Origin: Terriglobia bacterium
GTDB taxonomy: Bacteria; Acidobacteriota; Vicinamibacteria; Vicinamibacterales; CAVVIG01
Assembly (NCBI GenBank): GCA_020073005.1
Contig: JAIQFX010000027.1
Coordinates: 120-64,119, forward strand
Length of the DNA stretch: 64,000 nucleotides
Reading direction: 5' to 3'
Shown: positions 17,433 through 25,629 of the stretch, piece by piece
How the letters are laid out: each line of letters begins with the position of its first letter
Numbering within the stretch: position 1 is the first letter of the stretch
Translations under genes and position numbers: made by a program
The notes under the pieces: model-generated
Database searches by the model: none
Told to the model about the DNA's origin: nothing
Seen by the model: the letters and a program-made list of their open reading frames with translations, nothing else

Positions 17433-18573
17433 TCGCATCGTGGTCGTCGGCAGCGGCGCGTACGTGATCGGCGACACGTACGGCCCGGGCGTCGTGCTGC
17501 GCAGCATTCTGGCGTGGCTCGATTCGCGCGGCCGCGCGGGCGACGTCGTGCTGACGTCGCGGACTGCGGCGCGCCGCGAGGAGGCCGCGCGCGGCGCGGC
17601 TGAAGCGGCCGCCGACCTCGGATCGCGCACGCCGGTCTCGGTCGTCGCGGCCGACGACGTGGAGCGGCTGCTCGGCGGGCGGCCGCTGGCGGTCTTCGTG
17701 TGCGTGCCCGATCAGGCGCATCAGCATTACGTCGAAGCGGCCGCCCGCGCGGGCGTTCCGGCCTGGCTCGTGAAGCCGGTCACGGGCGATCTCGCGACCG
17801 CGCGCGTGCTGGAAGCGTCCTGCCGCGCGAAGGGCGCCGCCGTCTGGGTCGACTATCACAAGCGGTTCGACGCGTCGAATCTGCTGCTGCGTTGGTCGGT
17901 CGAACGCGGCGAGCACGGCCGCCCGCTGCACTACTTCGTGCAGTTCTCGCAGCCGCGCGACCTGCCGATGCAGCACTTCGCCTGGGCCGTGGACGTCGAT
18001 CCGCTGACGTACATCGGCTGCCACTACCTCGATCAGATCGCGTTCGTGTTTCCCGGCGTGATCGCCGAGCGCGCGATGGCGATTACGATCGACGGCCCGG
18101 TCCGCCACGCGGTCGGCGGGCGGGCGCACGACAAGGTGATTTGCGACGTCGTGCTGCGGTACAGGAATCAGCCGCTGGTGGCGTCGCTGCACGTGGGGTG
18201 GGCGAACCCGCTCGGCGCGCCGGCCAAGAGCGTTCAGCGCGTCGAGCTCGACTTCGAGCAGGGAAAAGTCGTCGCGGATCAGACGGCGCGCGGCTATCAG
18301 GTCTGGACCGACGCGGGCACGCGCGAAGTGAATCCGTACTTCTTCCAGCGCCTGCCCGATCCGGTGACCGGCGCCGCGACCGTGACCGGGTACGGCTACG
18401 ACAGCGTCGCGCGTTTTCTCGACTACTGCGTGGCTGACGCAGACGAGCAGCACCGGCTGCGCGCGAGCGCGACGCTGCCGTGGATCGAGCACGCCGTGTT
18501 CGCCGAGCGCGTGCTCGCGGCCGCGACGGCCTCGATCGCCGCCGGCGGCCGCTGGGTGGACATCGCGTCATGA
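17419..18573 (+). CDS. Gfo/Idh/MocA-like NAD(P)-dependent oxidoreductase
   Basis: 'IVVVGSGAYVIG', 'VCVPDQAHQHYV' and 'VDYHKRF'. 14-nt overlap with the ATP-grasp gene. Confidence 0.65.
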   Translation: MSAPDRIVVVGSGAYVIGDTYGPGVVLRSILAWLDSRGRAGDVVLTSRTAARREEAARGAAEAAADLGSRTPVSVVAADDVERLLGGRPLAVFVCVPDQAHQHYVEAAARAGVPAWLVKPVTGDLATARVLEASCRAKGAAVWVDYHKRFDASNLLLRWSVERGEHGRPLHYFVQFSQPRDLPMQHFAWAVDVDPLTYIGCHYLDQIAFVFPGVIAERAMAITIDGPVRHAVGGRAHDKVICDVVLRYRNQPLVASLHVGWANPLGAPAKSVQRVELDFEQGKVVADQTARGYQVWTDAGTREVNPYFFQRLPDPVTGAATVTGYGYDSVARFLDYCVADADEQHRLRASATLPWIEHAVFAERVLAAATASIAAGGRWVDIAS

Positions 18574-19814
18574 TCACCGCGAAGGACGCGCTCGCCGCCG
18601 ATCTCGCGAAACTGACACCGGCCTCGCTCAAGACGGCGCCGCTCGCCGAGCTGACGGCGATCGCGCAGAAGATCCGCCAGCTCCTCATCGGCACCCGGCC
18701 GCAGGCGGATCGCGCGCTGGCGGCGAATCTCTCGAACGTCGAGCTGACGCTCGCGCTCCACCGCGCCTTCGACTGGCCGGACGATCGCATCGTCTGGGAC
18801 GGCGGCCATCAGATGGACACGCACCGGATCGTGACCGGACGCGTGGATCGCTTCGCGACGCCGGCGTTCGAGGCGTCGGGCCGCGCCGTGATGAAGACGG
18901 AAGGCGGCCCGGAGGTGATCGAGGCCGCGCGCGGCGGCACGTCGATCTCGATCGCGCTCGGGATCGCGCTCGGCCGCGCGCTCAAGGGCGACACGCGGCC
19001 GGTCGTGTGCGTCATTGGCGACGGCGCGCTCGCGCAGGGCGTCGCGCTCGAGGCACTCAATCACGCGGCGAGCGTGCCGCACGTGAATCTGATCGTCGTG
19101 CTGAACGACAACAGCGATTCGACCGGCGGCGGGGCGTTGCACGCGTACTTGCGCTCGCTCGCGGTCGGGCGGCGCGATCCCGAGGCGTTGTTTACGTCGC
19201 TCGGGTTCGATTACATCGGGCCTGTCGACGGTCACAGCGTCGAAGCTCTCTCGCAGGCGCTCGATCGCGCCAGGGTCTCGACGCAGATCCCGATCGTCCA
19301 CGTCAAGACGCAGCGAGGGTACGGCAGCAAGCCGCAGCCGGTCCGGCGCGACACGAATCGCTTCGCGGACGCGGCCGCGGCGATCGTCGCCGACGAGATG
19401 GCGCGCGACGAGCGTCTGGTCGTCGTCGTGCCGGCGCCCGCCGAAGAGCTCGGATTCGCCGCGCTGCTCGCGAAGCTGCCGGATCGCGTCTTCGCGCCGC
19501 GGCTCGACGAGCCGCATTCCTTCGCCGCGACGGTCGGGCTCGTGTCCGAGCGCTACAAACCGGTGGTCGTCGCGGACAGCGCGTTTCTCGAGCGCGCCTT
19601 CGATCACGTCGCGCGCGATCTCTGCGCGGGCAACGTGCCGGTCGTCGTGCTGGCGATCGGACGGCTGACGGAGCCGAAGGCCTGGCAGGGCCTGCCGCAC
19701 GTGCGCGTGCTCATGCCCGCGACGAAGGCCGAGCTCGACAAGACGCTGCGCGAGGCGCTGCGCGAAGTGCCGGGGCCGACGCTCTTCGTCCTGTCCGCCG
19801 GGCCGGCCGCGTGA
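18570..19814 (+). CDS. truncated 1-deoxy-D-xylulose-5-phosphate synthase-like thiamine-diphosphate enzyme (PP + Pyr domains, no C-terminal domain)
   Basis: 'NLSNVELTLALHRAFDWPDDRIVWDGGHQMDTHRIVTGR', 'GGTSISIALG', 'VIGDGALAQGVALEALNHA' and 'VLNDN'. Only about 414 aa. ATGA overlap with the upstream gene. Confidence 0.7.
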   Translation: MITAKDALAADLAKLTPASLKTAPLAELTAIAQKIRQLLIGTRPQADRALAANLSNVELTLALHRAFDWPDDRIVWDGGHQMDTHRIVTGRVDRFATPAFEASGRAVMKTEGGPEVIEAARGGTSISIALGIALGRALKGDTRPVVCVIGDGALAQGVALEALNHAASVPHVNLIVVLNDNSDSTGGGALHAYLRSLAVGRRDPEALFTSLGFDYIGPVDGHSVEALSQALDRARVSTQIPIVHVKTQRGYGSKPQPVRRDTNRFADAAAAIVADEMARDERLVVVVPAPAEELGFAALLAKLPDRVFAPRLDEPHSFAATVGLVSERYKPVVVADSAFLERAFDHVARDLCAGNVPVVVLAIGRLTEPKAWQGLPHVRVLMPATKAELDKTLREALREVPGPTLFVLSAGPAA

Positions 19815-19816
19815 AC

Positions 19817-21796
19817 ATGCTCCAGCTGTTCTCGATTTTTCATCTGAACCTCGCGTACTCCTCGATCGAAGAGGCCCAGCGGCCCGACGTCGTCCACCGG
19901 TGCTACTGGCCGCTCGTGCGCCTGATCGAGCGGACGGGGGCGCCGATTGGCATCGAGGCCAGCGGCTTCACGCTCGAAACCGCGGCGGCGATTGATCCCG
20001 CGTGGCTGCGCGCGCTGCGCGACCTCGTGTCGGCGGGCCGGTGCGAGTTCGTCGCGAGCGGCTACGCGCAGATCATCGGTCCGCTGGTGCCCGCGGCGGT
20101 CAACGCCGCCAACCTCCGTCTCGGACACGAGGTCTATCAACGGCTCCTCGGCGTCCGGCCGCGCCTCGCGTTCGTCAACGAGCAGGCGTACTCGGCCGGC
20201 CTCATCCAGCACTATCTCGACGCGCGCAGTGACGCGATCGTCATGGAGTGGGACAACCCAGCGCGGGCGCACGCCGAGTGGAACCCCGGCTGCCGCTACT
20301 TCCCACAGATGGCGGCCGGACAACACGGCGAAACCATTCCGCTCATCTGGAACACGGCGATCGCGTTCCAGCAGTTCCAGCGCTACGCGCACGACGAAGC
20401 GTCGCTCGACGAGTACCTGTCGTACCTGGGAGACAAGGCCGTCGCCACGCCGCGCGTGCTGGCGATGTACGGCAACGACGCCGAGATCTTCGACTTCCGG
20501 CCCGGCCGCTATCACACCGAAGCGCCGGTCGCGGCGGCAGGCGAGTGGAATCGCATCAACACGTTGTTCGATGCGCTGCAGGCGGACCCGCGCTTCGCGT
20601 TGATTCCGCCCTCCGGCGCGCTTGCGCTCATGGATCAGCCGGACGCGGGACAACGGCTGCACCTTGAATCTGCGTCCGACCCGGCGCCCGTCAAGAAACA
20701 ACGGAAGTACAACATCACGCGATGGGCGGTCACCGGGCGCGACTCGCTCGCGATCAACACCGCGTGCTGGCGGCGATACGCCGCGCTCACGAAAGATCCC
20801 GGCGCGACCGACGCGGCGTGGCGGGAGCTCTGCGAGTTGTGGTCCAGCGATTACCGGACGCACATCACCGATGCGCGATGGGCCGCGTATCGGAAGCGGC
20901 TCGATGGTGTAGCGCGAGCCGCGGTTGTAGCGCGAGGCTTTCAGCCGAGCGTCGCCGGCTCGCCTGAAAGGCTCGCCCTGCAATCCATCGCATCGGGCGA
21001 TCCCGGCGTCACGCGCGACGGCGCGTTCCTCACGCTGAAGCACGGCGCGGTCACGCTCGTCCTCAACTGCCGCCGCGGTCTCGCGATTCACGCGTTGTCG
21101 TTCGAAGGACGCGGCGATCATCCGCTCTGCGGCACGCTGCCGCACGGGTTCTACGACGACATCCACTGGGGCGCCGACTTTTACTCGGGAATGACGGTGA
21201 TGGAGTCGCCGGGGCGGCCGAAGATCACCGATCTGAACCGCGTGGAGCCGGTCGTCGGGCGCGACGATCAGGGCGCGCTCGTCGTCGAGGGCGCGATCGC
21301 GACCGACCTCGGCCCCGTCGTCAAGCGCGCGCGCGTCACGCCGTCCGCGGTGGACCTCGAGTACCGGCTGGAGTGGCCCGAGCGGCCGGTCGGCTCGCTG
21401 CGGCTGGGCGACGTCACGCTCCATCCGTCCGCGTTCGATCGCTCGACGCTTTTCTACCGCAGCCACAACGGCGGCGCGCGGCCCGAGACGTTTCCGCTGG
21501 ACGGCACGCGCGTGAGCCACGGCGACGCGGTGTCGTTCCTCGTGTCCGCGAGTCACGCGGTGGGCATCACCGAAGGCGTCGTGGAACTCGGCGATCGCGC
21601 GACCACGCTGCGCATCGAGGTCGACAAGACGCTCGCGGCCGTGGTGGGAATGGTGACGTACCAGCCGGTCGGCGACCGCTACTTCTGCCGCATCAGCTTT
21701 TCTGCAGGCGAAGTCGACGACACGCGCAAGCCCGCAGCCGCGACCGGCGCCGAGCCGCTCGTCTGCCGGTTTCGAATCACCGCGCAGCGCGCGTAA
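19817..21796 (+). CDS. glycoside hydrolase family 57-like protein
   Basis: The N-terminal 'FSIFHLNLAYSSIEE ... IEASGFTLE' resembles the GH57 catalytic-barrel start. GTG 19811 (GTGA overlap) is an alternative start. The upstream part of ORF 19007.. is out-of-frame overlap. Confidence 0.5.
   Translation: MLQLFSIFHLNLAYSSIEEAQRPDVVHRCYWPLVRLIERTGAPIGIEASGFTLETAAAIDPAWLRALRDLVSAGRCEFVASGYAQIIGPLVPAAVNAANLRLGHEVYQRLLGVRPRLAFVNEQAYSAGLIQHYLDARSDAIVMEWDNPARAHAEWNPGCRYFPQMAAGQHGETIPLIWNTAIAFQQFQRYAHDEASLDEYLSYLGDKAVATPRVLAMYGNDAEIFDFRPGRYHTEAPVAAAGEWNRINTLFDALQADPRFALIPPSGALALMDQPDAGQRLHLESASDPAPVKKQRKYNITRWAVTGRDSLAINTACWRRYAALTKDPGATDAAWRELCELWSSDYRTHITDARWAAYRKRLDGVARAAVVARGFQPSVAGSPERLALQSIASGDPGVTRDGAFLTLKHGAVTLVLNCRRGLAIHALSFEGRGDHPLCGTLPHGFYDDIHWGADFYSGMTVMESPGRPKITDLNRVEPVVGRDDQGALVVEGAIATDLGPVVKRARVTPSAVDLEYRLEWPERPVGSLRLGDVTLHPSAFDRSTLFYRSHNGGARPETFPLDGTRVSHGDAVSFLVSASHAVGITEGVVELGDRATTLRIEVDKTLAAVVGMVTYQPVGDRYFCRISFSAGEVDDTRKPAAATGAEPLVCRFRITAQRA
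20908..20977. repeat. TGTAGCGCGAGSC / GGCTCGCCTGAAAGGCTCGCC hairpin repeats in-frame inside the GH57-like CDS
   Basis: tgtagcgcgagccgcggttgtagcgcgaggctttcagccgagcgtcgccggctcgcctgaaaggctcgcc, translated 'VARAAVVARGFQPSVAGSPERLA'. A related unit lies at 41784-41807. Confidence 0.7.
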
Positions 21797-21822
21797 TCCG
21801 CATTCCCCACTCCGCACTCCGC
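21794..21822. repeat. single arm of GCGGAAT-type array
   Basis: taatccgcattccccactccgcactccgc. It begins with the TAA stop of the GH57-like gene. Confidence 0.65.
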
Positions 21823-21826
21823 CATG

Positions 21827-23806
21827 TCAGGGTCCCGTGACCGGATTCGTGACCTGGACGCCGAGAATCCGCACGTCGGCCTTCGGCTCGCCGGGCATGG
21901 CCGCCGGCGACCACGTCGGCGACGTGATGAGATCGATCCGCTGGTAGCCATCGTCTTCGGGCAGGAGCGGCAGGCGCAGCGACACCGGGACCCAGTCGTC
22001 GCGATGGAGAAGCACGCGATCGAGCGTGCGGCCGCCGATCGCGATCGTCACTTCCGTCGGCCCCGTGTTCGTGCCCAGGTGAATCGCGCGCAGCGTCAGG
22101 TGCAGCGCGTGCGCGTTCAGCGGCACGAAGAAGGTCCCGCGCCTCGCGGTCCAGCGGAACTGCACCCCGCTGTCCGCTTCCCACGGGTAGAAGCCGAACG
22201 TCTGCCTCGTCAGATCGAGATTGGCGATCTCGTGCCGCGCCCGCAGCGGCACCGACACGACGAGGGCGGCGGCGATCGCCGCGACCGCGATCGCCGCCGG
22301 TCTCGCGATCCACGCGGCGACGCCCGCTGACGCGCGGCCGGCCGCATGCGGCCGCGCCGCGAGCGGCGGCTGCGCGTCGCCGTCGGCGCGCGCCAGCGCG
22401 ACGCCCAGCAGGATCCAGAACGGGTACGCGACTTCCGCGACGAGCAGCGGATGGCTCGTCATCCACGTCGCGACGAACGTGGCGACGCCCGCGACGGCGC
22501 CGAGCAGCAGCACGTCGCGCGGATCCGCGCGGACGCCGCGGGCGAGCCGGATCGCCGCCGCGCCGAGCAGCCAGACGAACGCCGCGACGCCAATCAGGCC
22601 GAGCTCGCCGCCGATCTGCAGGAAGTTGTTGTGCGCGTTCTCGTGGAAGTAGAACCAGTAGATCGACTGCGGCATGAACTGGCCGGAGCGCTCGTAGTAG
22701 CGGCCGACGCCGACGCCGAAGACCGGCGCGCTCCGGATCATCCGCAGGCCCGTGATCATGAAGTCGCGGCGCATCGAGATCATGTTGGCCGCGGTGCGCG
22801 CGGCCGTCGGCCGCGGATCGATTCCCAGCGCGAGAACCGCGAGCGCGACGGCGACGGCGATCGCGACCGCGGCGGTCGCCCACGCCGGCCACCTGGCCGG
22901 ACGCAGCGGACTGATCGCGAACGCGACGATCACGCACGCGCCAATCGCGGAGACGAGCGCCACGCGCGATCCCGTCAGCCAGACGCCCGCCAGCAGCAGC
23001 GCGGTGATCACGCCCCAGGCCACGCGGGGCCACGACGGCCAGCGCGGCATGCGGCTCCAGCGCGTGTTCACGGCCAGCGTGAGCGCGATCAGCCCCGCCA
23101 TCGCGAAATACGATCCGGCCGCGTTGACGTCGGTGACGTGCACGCTTGTGCGGCTGGCGAGCAGTTGATGCAGGGACGCGGAGTGCGCGACGACGGCTCG
23201 AATCGTCAGGAGCGCCGCGCCGGCGGCGGCGAGCGTGGTCGCCGCGAGCAGGTGCACCGGCCGCAGCACGCCGTCGCGCGCGTGCCGGGCGACGAGCCAC
23301 GCGAGCGCCACGCCCTCGAGCAGCAGCGCGCCGTCGGCGACGCCGGTGTACGACGCGCCGGGCGGCTCGAGCAGGTAGTCGCGCGTCAGAAACATGAGGA
23401 AGTCGCGCAGGAACGGCCACGGCGCGTGCGTGCCCGTCTGCAGCACGCGGAGCGAGACGGCGATCGACGCGAGGACGATCGCCGTGAACACCGCGCCGGG
23501 CACGACGAGTCCCGGACGCTGACCGCCGAGCGGCGTGCGACGTGGCCGTCCGGCGGCGATGGCCAGCCCGGAGAGCGCGGCGAGGACGAGCGTTTCCGCG
23601 AGCCGCAGCCGCGTCGTGTCGGTCGCGATCAGCAGCCACGACGAGAACGGCGCCGTCACCGTCAGCGCGGCGATCGCCCAGTGCGGCCGGACGATGGCCA
23701 GCGCCCAGAAGGCGGCGAGCAGGATCCGGAGTTCGACGGGAACGGCGGCGGAGGTCAGCGCGGACAGGAGCGGGACGAGGAGCGCCGCTCCGCACAGCGT
23801 CGTCAT
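21827..23806 (-). CDS. O-antigen ligase/Wzy_C-domain membrane protein with C-terminal extracytoplasmic domain
   Basis: 'FHENAHNNFLQIGGELGLIG' (Wzy_C-like loop), at least 10 TM helices and a roughly 200-aa soluble C-terminus. Confidence 0.65.
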   Translation of the reverse strand: MTTLCGAALLVPLLSALTSAAVPVELRILLAAFWALAIVRPHWAIAALTVTAPFSSWLLIATDTTRLRLAETLVLAALSGLAIAAGRPRRTPLGGQRPGLVVPGAVFTAIVLASIAVSLRVLQTGTHAPWPFLRDFLMFLTRDYLLEPPGASYTGVADGALLLEGVALAWLVARHARDGVLRPVHLLAATTLAAAGAALLTIRAVVAHSASLHQLLASRTSVHVTDVNAAGSYFAMAGLIALTLAVNTRWSRMPRWPSWPRVAWGVITALLLAGVWLTGSRVALVSAIGACVIVAFAISPLRPARWPAWATAAVAIAVAVALAVLALGIDPRPTAARTAANMISMRRDFMITGLRMIRSAPVFGVGVGRYYERSGQFMPQSIYWFYFHENAHNNFLQIGGELGLIGVAAFVWLLGAAAIRLARGVRADPRDVLLLGAVAGVATFVATWMTSHPLLVAEVAYPFWILLGVALARADGDAQPPLAARPHAAGRASAGVAAWIARPAAIAVAAIAAALVVSVPLRARHEIANLDLTRQTFGFYPWEADSGVQFRWTARRGTFFVPLNAHALHLTLRAIHLGTNTGPTEVTIAIGGRTLDRVLLHRDDWVPVSLRLPLLPEDDGYQRIDLITSPTWSPAAMPGEPKADVRILGVQVTNPVTGP

Positions 23807-24420
23807 CAGCGCTCGAGCGTCTTCTGCAGGTCGAGAATCTGCTGGCGGAGCGCGGCGACGCTGGCTTCGAGATCCGACACGCGCATCTCGTGCCGGCGAT
23901 CGCGCGCCAGCATGGCGTCCGACTTCTTCAGCACTTCGTCGGCGACGGCGTTGATCGCGCCCGCGAGGCCGCGCGCGACGTCGCGGTGGCGCGCGTCGAC
24001 GTACGGCGCGATCTGCAGCAGGAACTCCAGCAGGCGGCGCTGCAGCTCGAGCAGCTCGGCCAGCATCTCACGCGTCGCGGCGATGGAGCGGCGTGTGTCG
24101 TTGGCGAAGCCCATCTGCCGGTTGAGGTGATCGACGACCGCGGCGTTGAAGGCTTCCTGCCGCCGGAAGAGCGGCGCGATGAACCGGCTCGCGAGATTGT
24201 TGAGCCAGCCTCGAAGGCCCGGCGCCGCGGCGGGGCGATCGGTCTTCCAGAGCGTGTTGAGCGCGGTGACCTGGTGCTCGTCCGGCGCGGGCGGCGGGAA
24301 CGGGAAGTCCGCCGGAAACACCTGCAGCGCGCGATCGAGCCGCGTCAGCGTCTCGGTGTACGCGCGCTCGACGGCGTCGCGTTCCGCCTTGAGCGCGGCG
24401 AGATCGTCGGGTCCTGGCAT
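23806..24420 (-). CDS. hypothetical coiled-coil protein
   Basis: 204 aa. Heptad-rich N- and C-termini ('LAALKAERDAVERAY', 'LEASVAALRQQILDLQKTLE'). 1-nt overlap with the downstream gene and 6 nt after thiG. Confidence 0.55.
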   Translation of the reverse strand: MPGPDDLAALKAERDAVERAYTETLTRLDRALQVFPADFPFPPPAPDEHQVTALNTLWKTDRPAAAPGLRGWLNNLASRFIAPLFRRQEAFNAAVVDHLNRQMGFANDTRRSIAATREMLAELLELQRRLLEFLLQIAPYVDARHRDVARGLAGAINAVADEVLKKSDAMLARDRRHEMRVSDLEASVAALRQQILDLQKTLER

Positions 24421-24426
24421 CGGACG

Positions 24427-25200
24427 TCAGCGACCGACCAACCCCTCGACCGGGCTGCTGGCGTTGGCGTACATCTTCCTGGGAATGCGCCCGGCGCGGT
24501 AGGCGAGCCGGCCCGCGCGCACGGCGAGCTTCATCGCTTCGGCCATCGCGACGGGATCCTGCGCGCCGGCGATCGCCGTGTTCATCAGCACGGCGTCCGC
24601 GCCGAGCTCCATGGCGAGCGCGGCATCCGACGCGGTGCCGACGCCGGCGTCGACGATGAGCGGGACGCGCGCGAATTCGCGGATGATGCGCAGGTTGTTG
24701 ACGTTCTGGATGCCGAGGCCCGATCCGATGGGCGCGCCGAGCGGCATGATCGCGGCGGCGCCGGCCTCCTCCAGCTTGCGGCAGACGATGGGATCGTCGC
24801 TCGTGTAGGGCAGGACGACGAAGCCCTCGCGCACGAGCACGTGCGTCGCTTCGAGCAGCGCGGCGTTGTCCGGGAAGAGCGTTTTTTCGTCGCCGATGAC
24901 TTCGAGCTTCACCCAGTTCGACAGTCCCGCCTCGCGCCCGAGCCGCGCGGTCCGCACGGCTTCATCCGCCGTGTAGCAGCCGGCCGTGTTGGGCAGCAGG
25001 AAGTACTTCGACGTGTCGATGTAATCGAGAAGCGATTCCTTGGTGCGATCGGAAATGTTCACGCGCCGCACGGCGACCGTGACCATCTCGGCGCCGGAAG
25101 CCTCGTGCGCCTTCACCATGATCGAGGGCGACGAGTACTTGCCCGTGCCGACGATCAGGCGCGAGGTGAACGTTTTGTCCGCAATCTTGAAAGAGTCCAT
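24427..25200 (-). CDS. thiG: thiazole synthase
   Basis: 'LLPNTAGC', 'VKLEVIGD', '[11 protein letters not shown]' and '[12 protein letters not shown]'. ATG 25200 was chosen because upstream ORF codons are translated repeat. Confidence 0.9.
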   Translation of the reverse strand: MDSFKIADKTFTSRLIVGTGKYSSPSIMVKAHEASGAEMVTVAVRRVNISDRTKESLLDYIDTSKYFLLPNTAGCYTADEAVRTARLGREAGLSNWVKLEVIGDEKTLFPDNAALLEATHVLVREGFVVLPYTSDDPIVCRKLEEAGAAAIMPLGAPIGSGLGIQNVNNLRIIREFARVPLIVDAGVGTASDAALAMELGADAVLMNTAIAGAQDPVAMAEAMKLAVRAGRLAYRAGRIPRKMYANASSPVEGLVGR

Positions 25201-25204
25201 TGCC

Positions 25205-25298
25205 CTGCAGCTTTCAGCTGTCAGCACTCGGCTTTCAGCGCTCACTTCTTCCTTCTTCCTTCTTAATTCCTAATTCTTAATTCTTAATTCTCAATTCC
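25205..25298. repeat. concatenated arrays: CAGCTTTCAGCTG-type units, CTTCCTT heptamers and TAATTCY heptamers
   Basis: ctgcagctttcagctgtcagcactcggctttcagcgctcac; then ttcttccttcttccttctt; then aattcctaattcttaattcttaattctcaattcc. It abuts the thiS stop codon (TAG, 25298-25300). Confidence 0.8.
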
Positions 25299-25522
25299 TA
25301 CCCGCCGCCAACGAAGTTCACGATCTCGACCGCGTCGCCTTCACGAATCACCGTGCTCGCGAACGCATCGCGCTTGAGGACGACGAGGTTGAGCTCGACG
25401 GCCACGCGCCGCGCGTCGATCTGCAGGCTGGCCAGCAAATCGGTCACGCTCATGTTCGCTGTCGCCCCGGGGGGACCGGCGACGGCAATCTCGGTGCGGT
25501 CACCGTTCAGCGTAATCCACAC
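25298..25522 (-). CDS. thiS: sulfur carrier protein ThiS
   Basis: 74 aa ending in 'VGGG' (C-terminal Gly-Gly), upstream of thiG. GTG start. Confidence 0.8.
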   Translation of the reverse strand: MWITLNGDRTEIAVAGPPGATANMSVTDLLASLQIDARRVAVELNLVVLKRDAFASTVIREGDAVEIVNFVGGG

Positions 25523-25629
25523 GATCCAGAGGACATTCTAGCGCGACGGCGCACATTGACTCGCCTGAGAAATTCGACGTACCTTCATTCGATACTCTTA
25601 CCGCATTCATAGCAGCCGATTCCGTCCAT

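Noticed and set aside
18570-19814. Calling this gene dxs (isoprenoid DXP synthase)
   Set aside because: It is about one third shorter than DXS, the C-terminal domain is missing, several signature motifs are altered, and it is embedded by translational coupling in a glycan-tailoring operon. It was therefore annotated only as DXS-like.
19604-21817. 737-aa antisense ORF, with similar ones at 21777-23795, 22346-24130, 23542-25266, 26002-27537, 27586-28767, 48248-49678, 51321-53939, 52075-53808, 54041-55852, 57695-59473 and 60144-61478
   Set aside because: The same reasoning applies. They have low-complexity Arg-rich products and sit opposite well-supported CDSs (GH57-like, Wzy-like, thiG, oxidoreductase, tkt, AP-family, M1 peptidase, ADOP permease).
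25523-25629. Expected TPP (THI-box) riboswitch upstream of thiS
   Set aside because: The thiS-sense strand lacks the conserved CUGAGA and ACCUGAUCUGGAUAAUGCCAGCG-like elements. The only CTGAGA is on the opposite strand without the partner helix. Only about 100 nt is available, and a TAGAAT box sits 12 nt from the thiS GTG. An Rfam RF00059 scan would be decisive.
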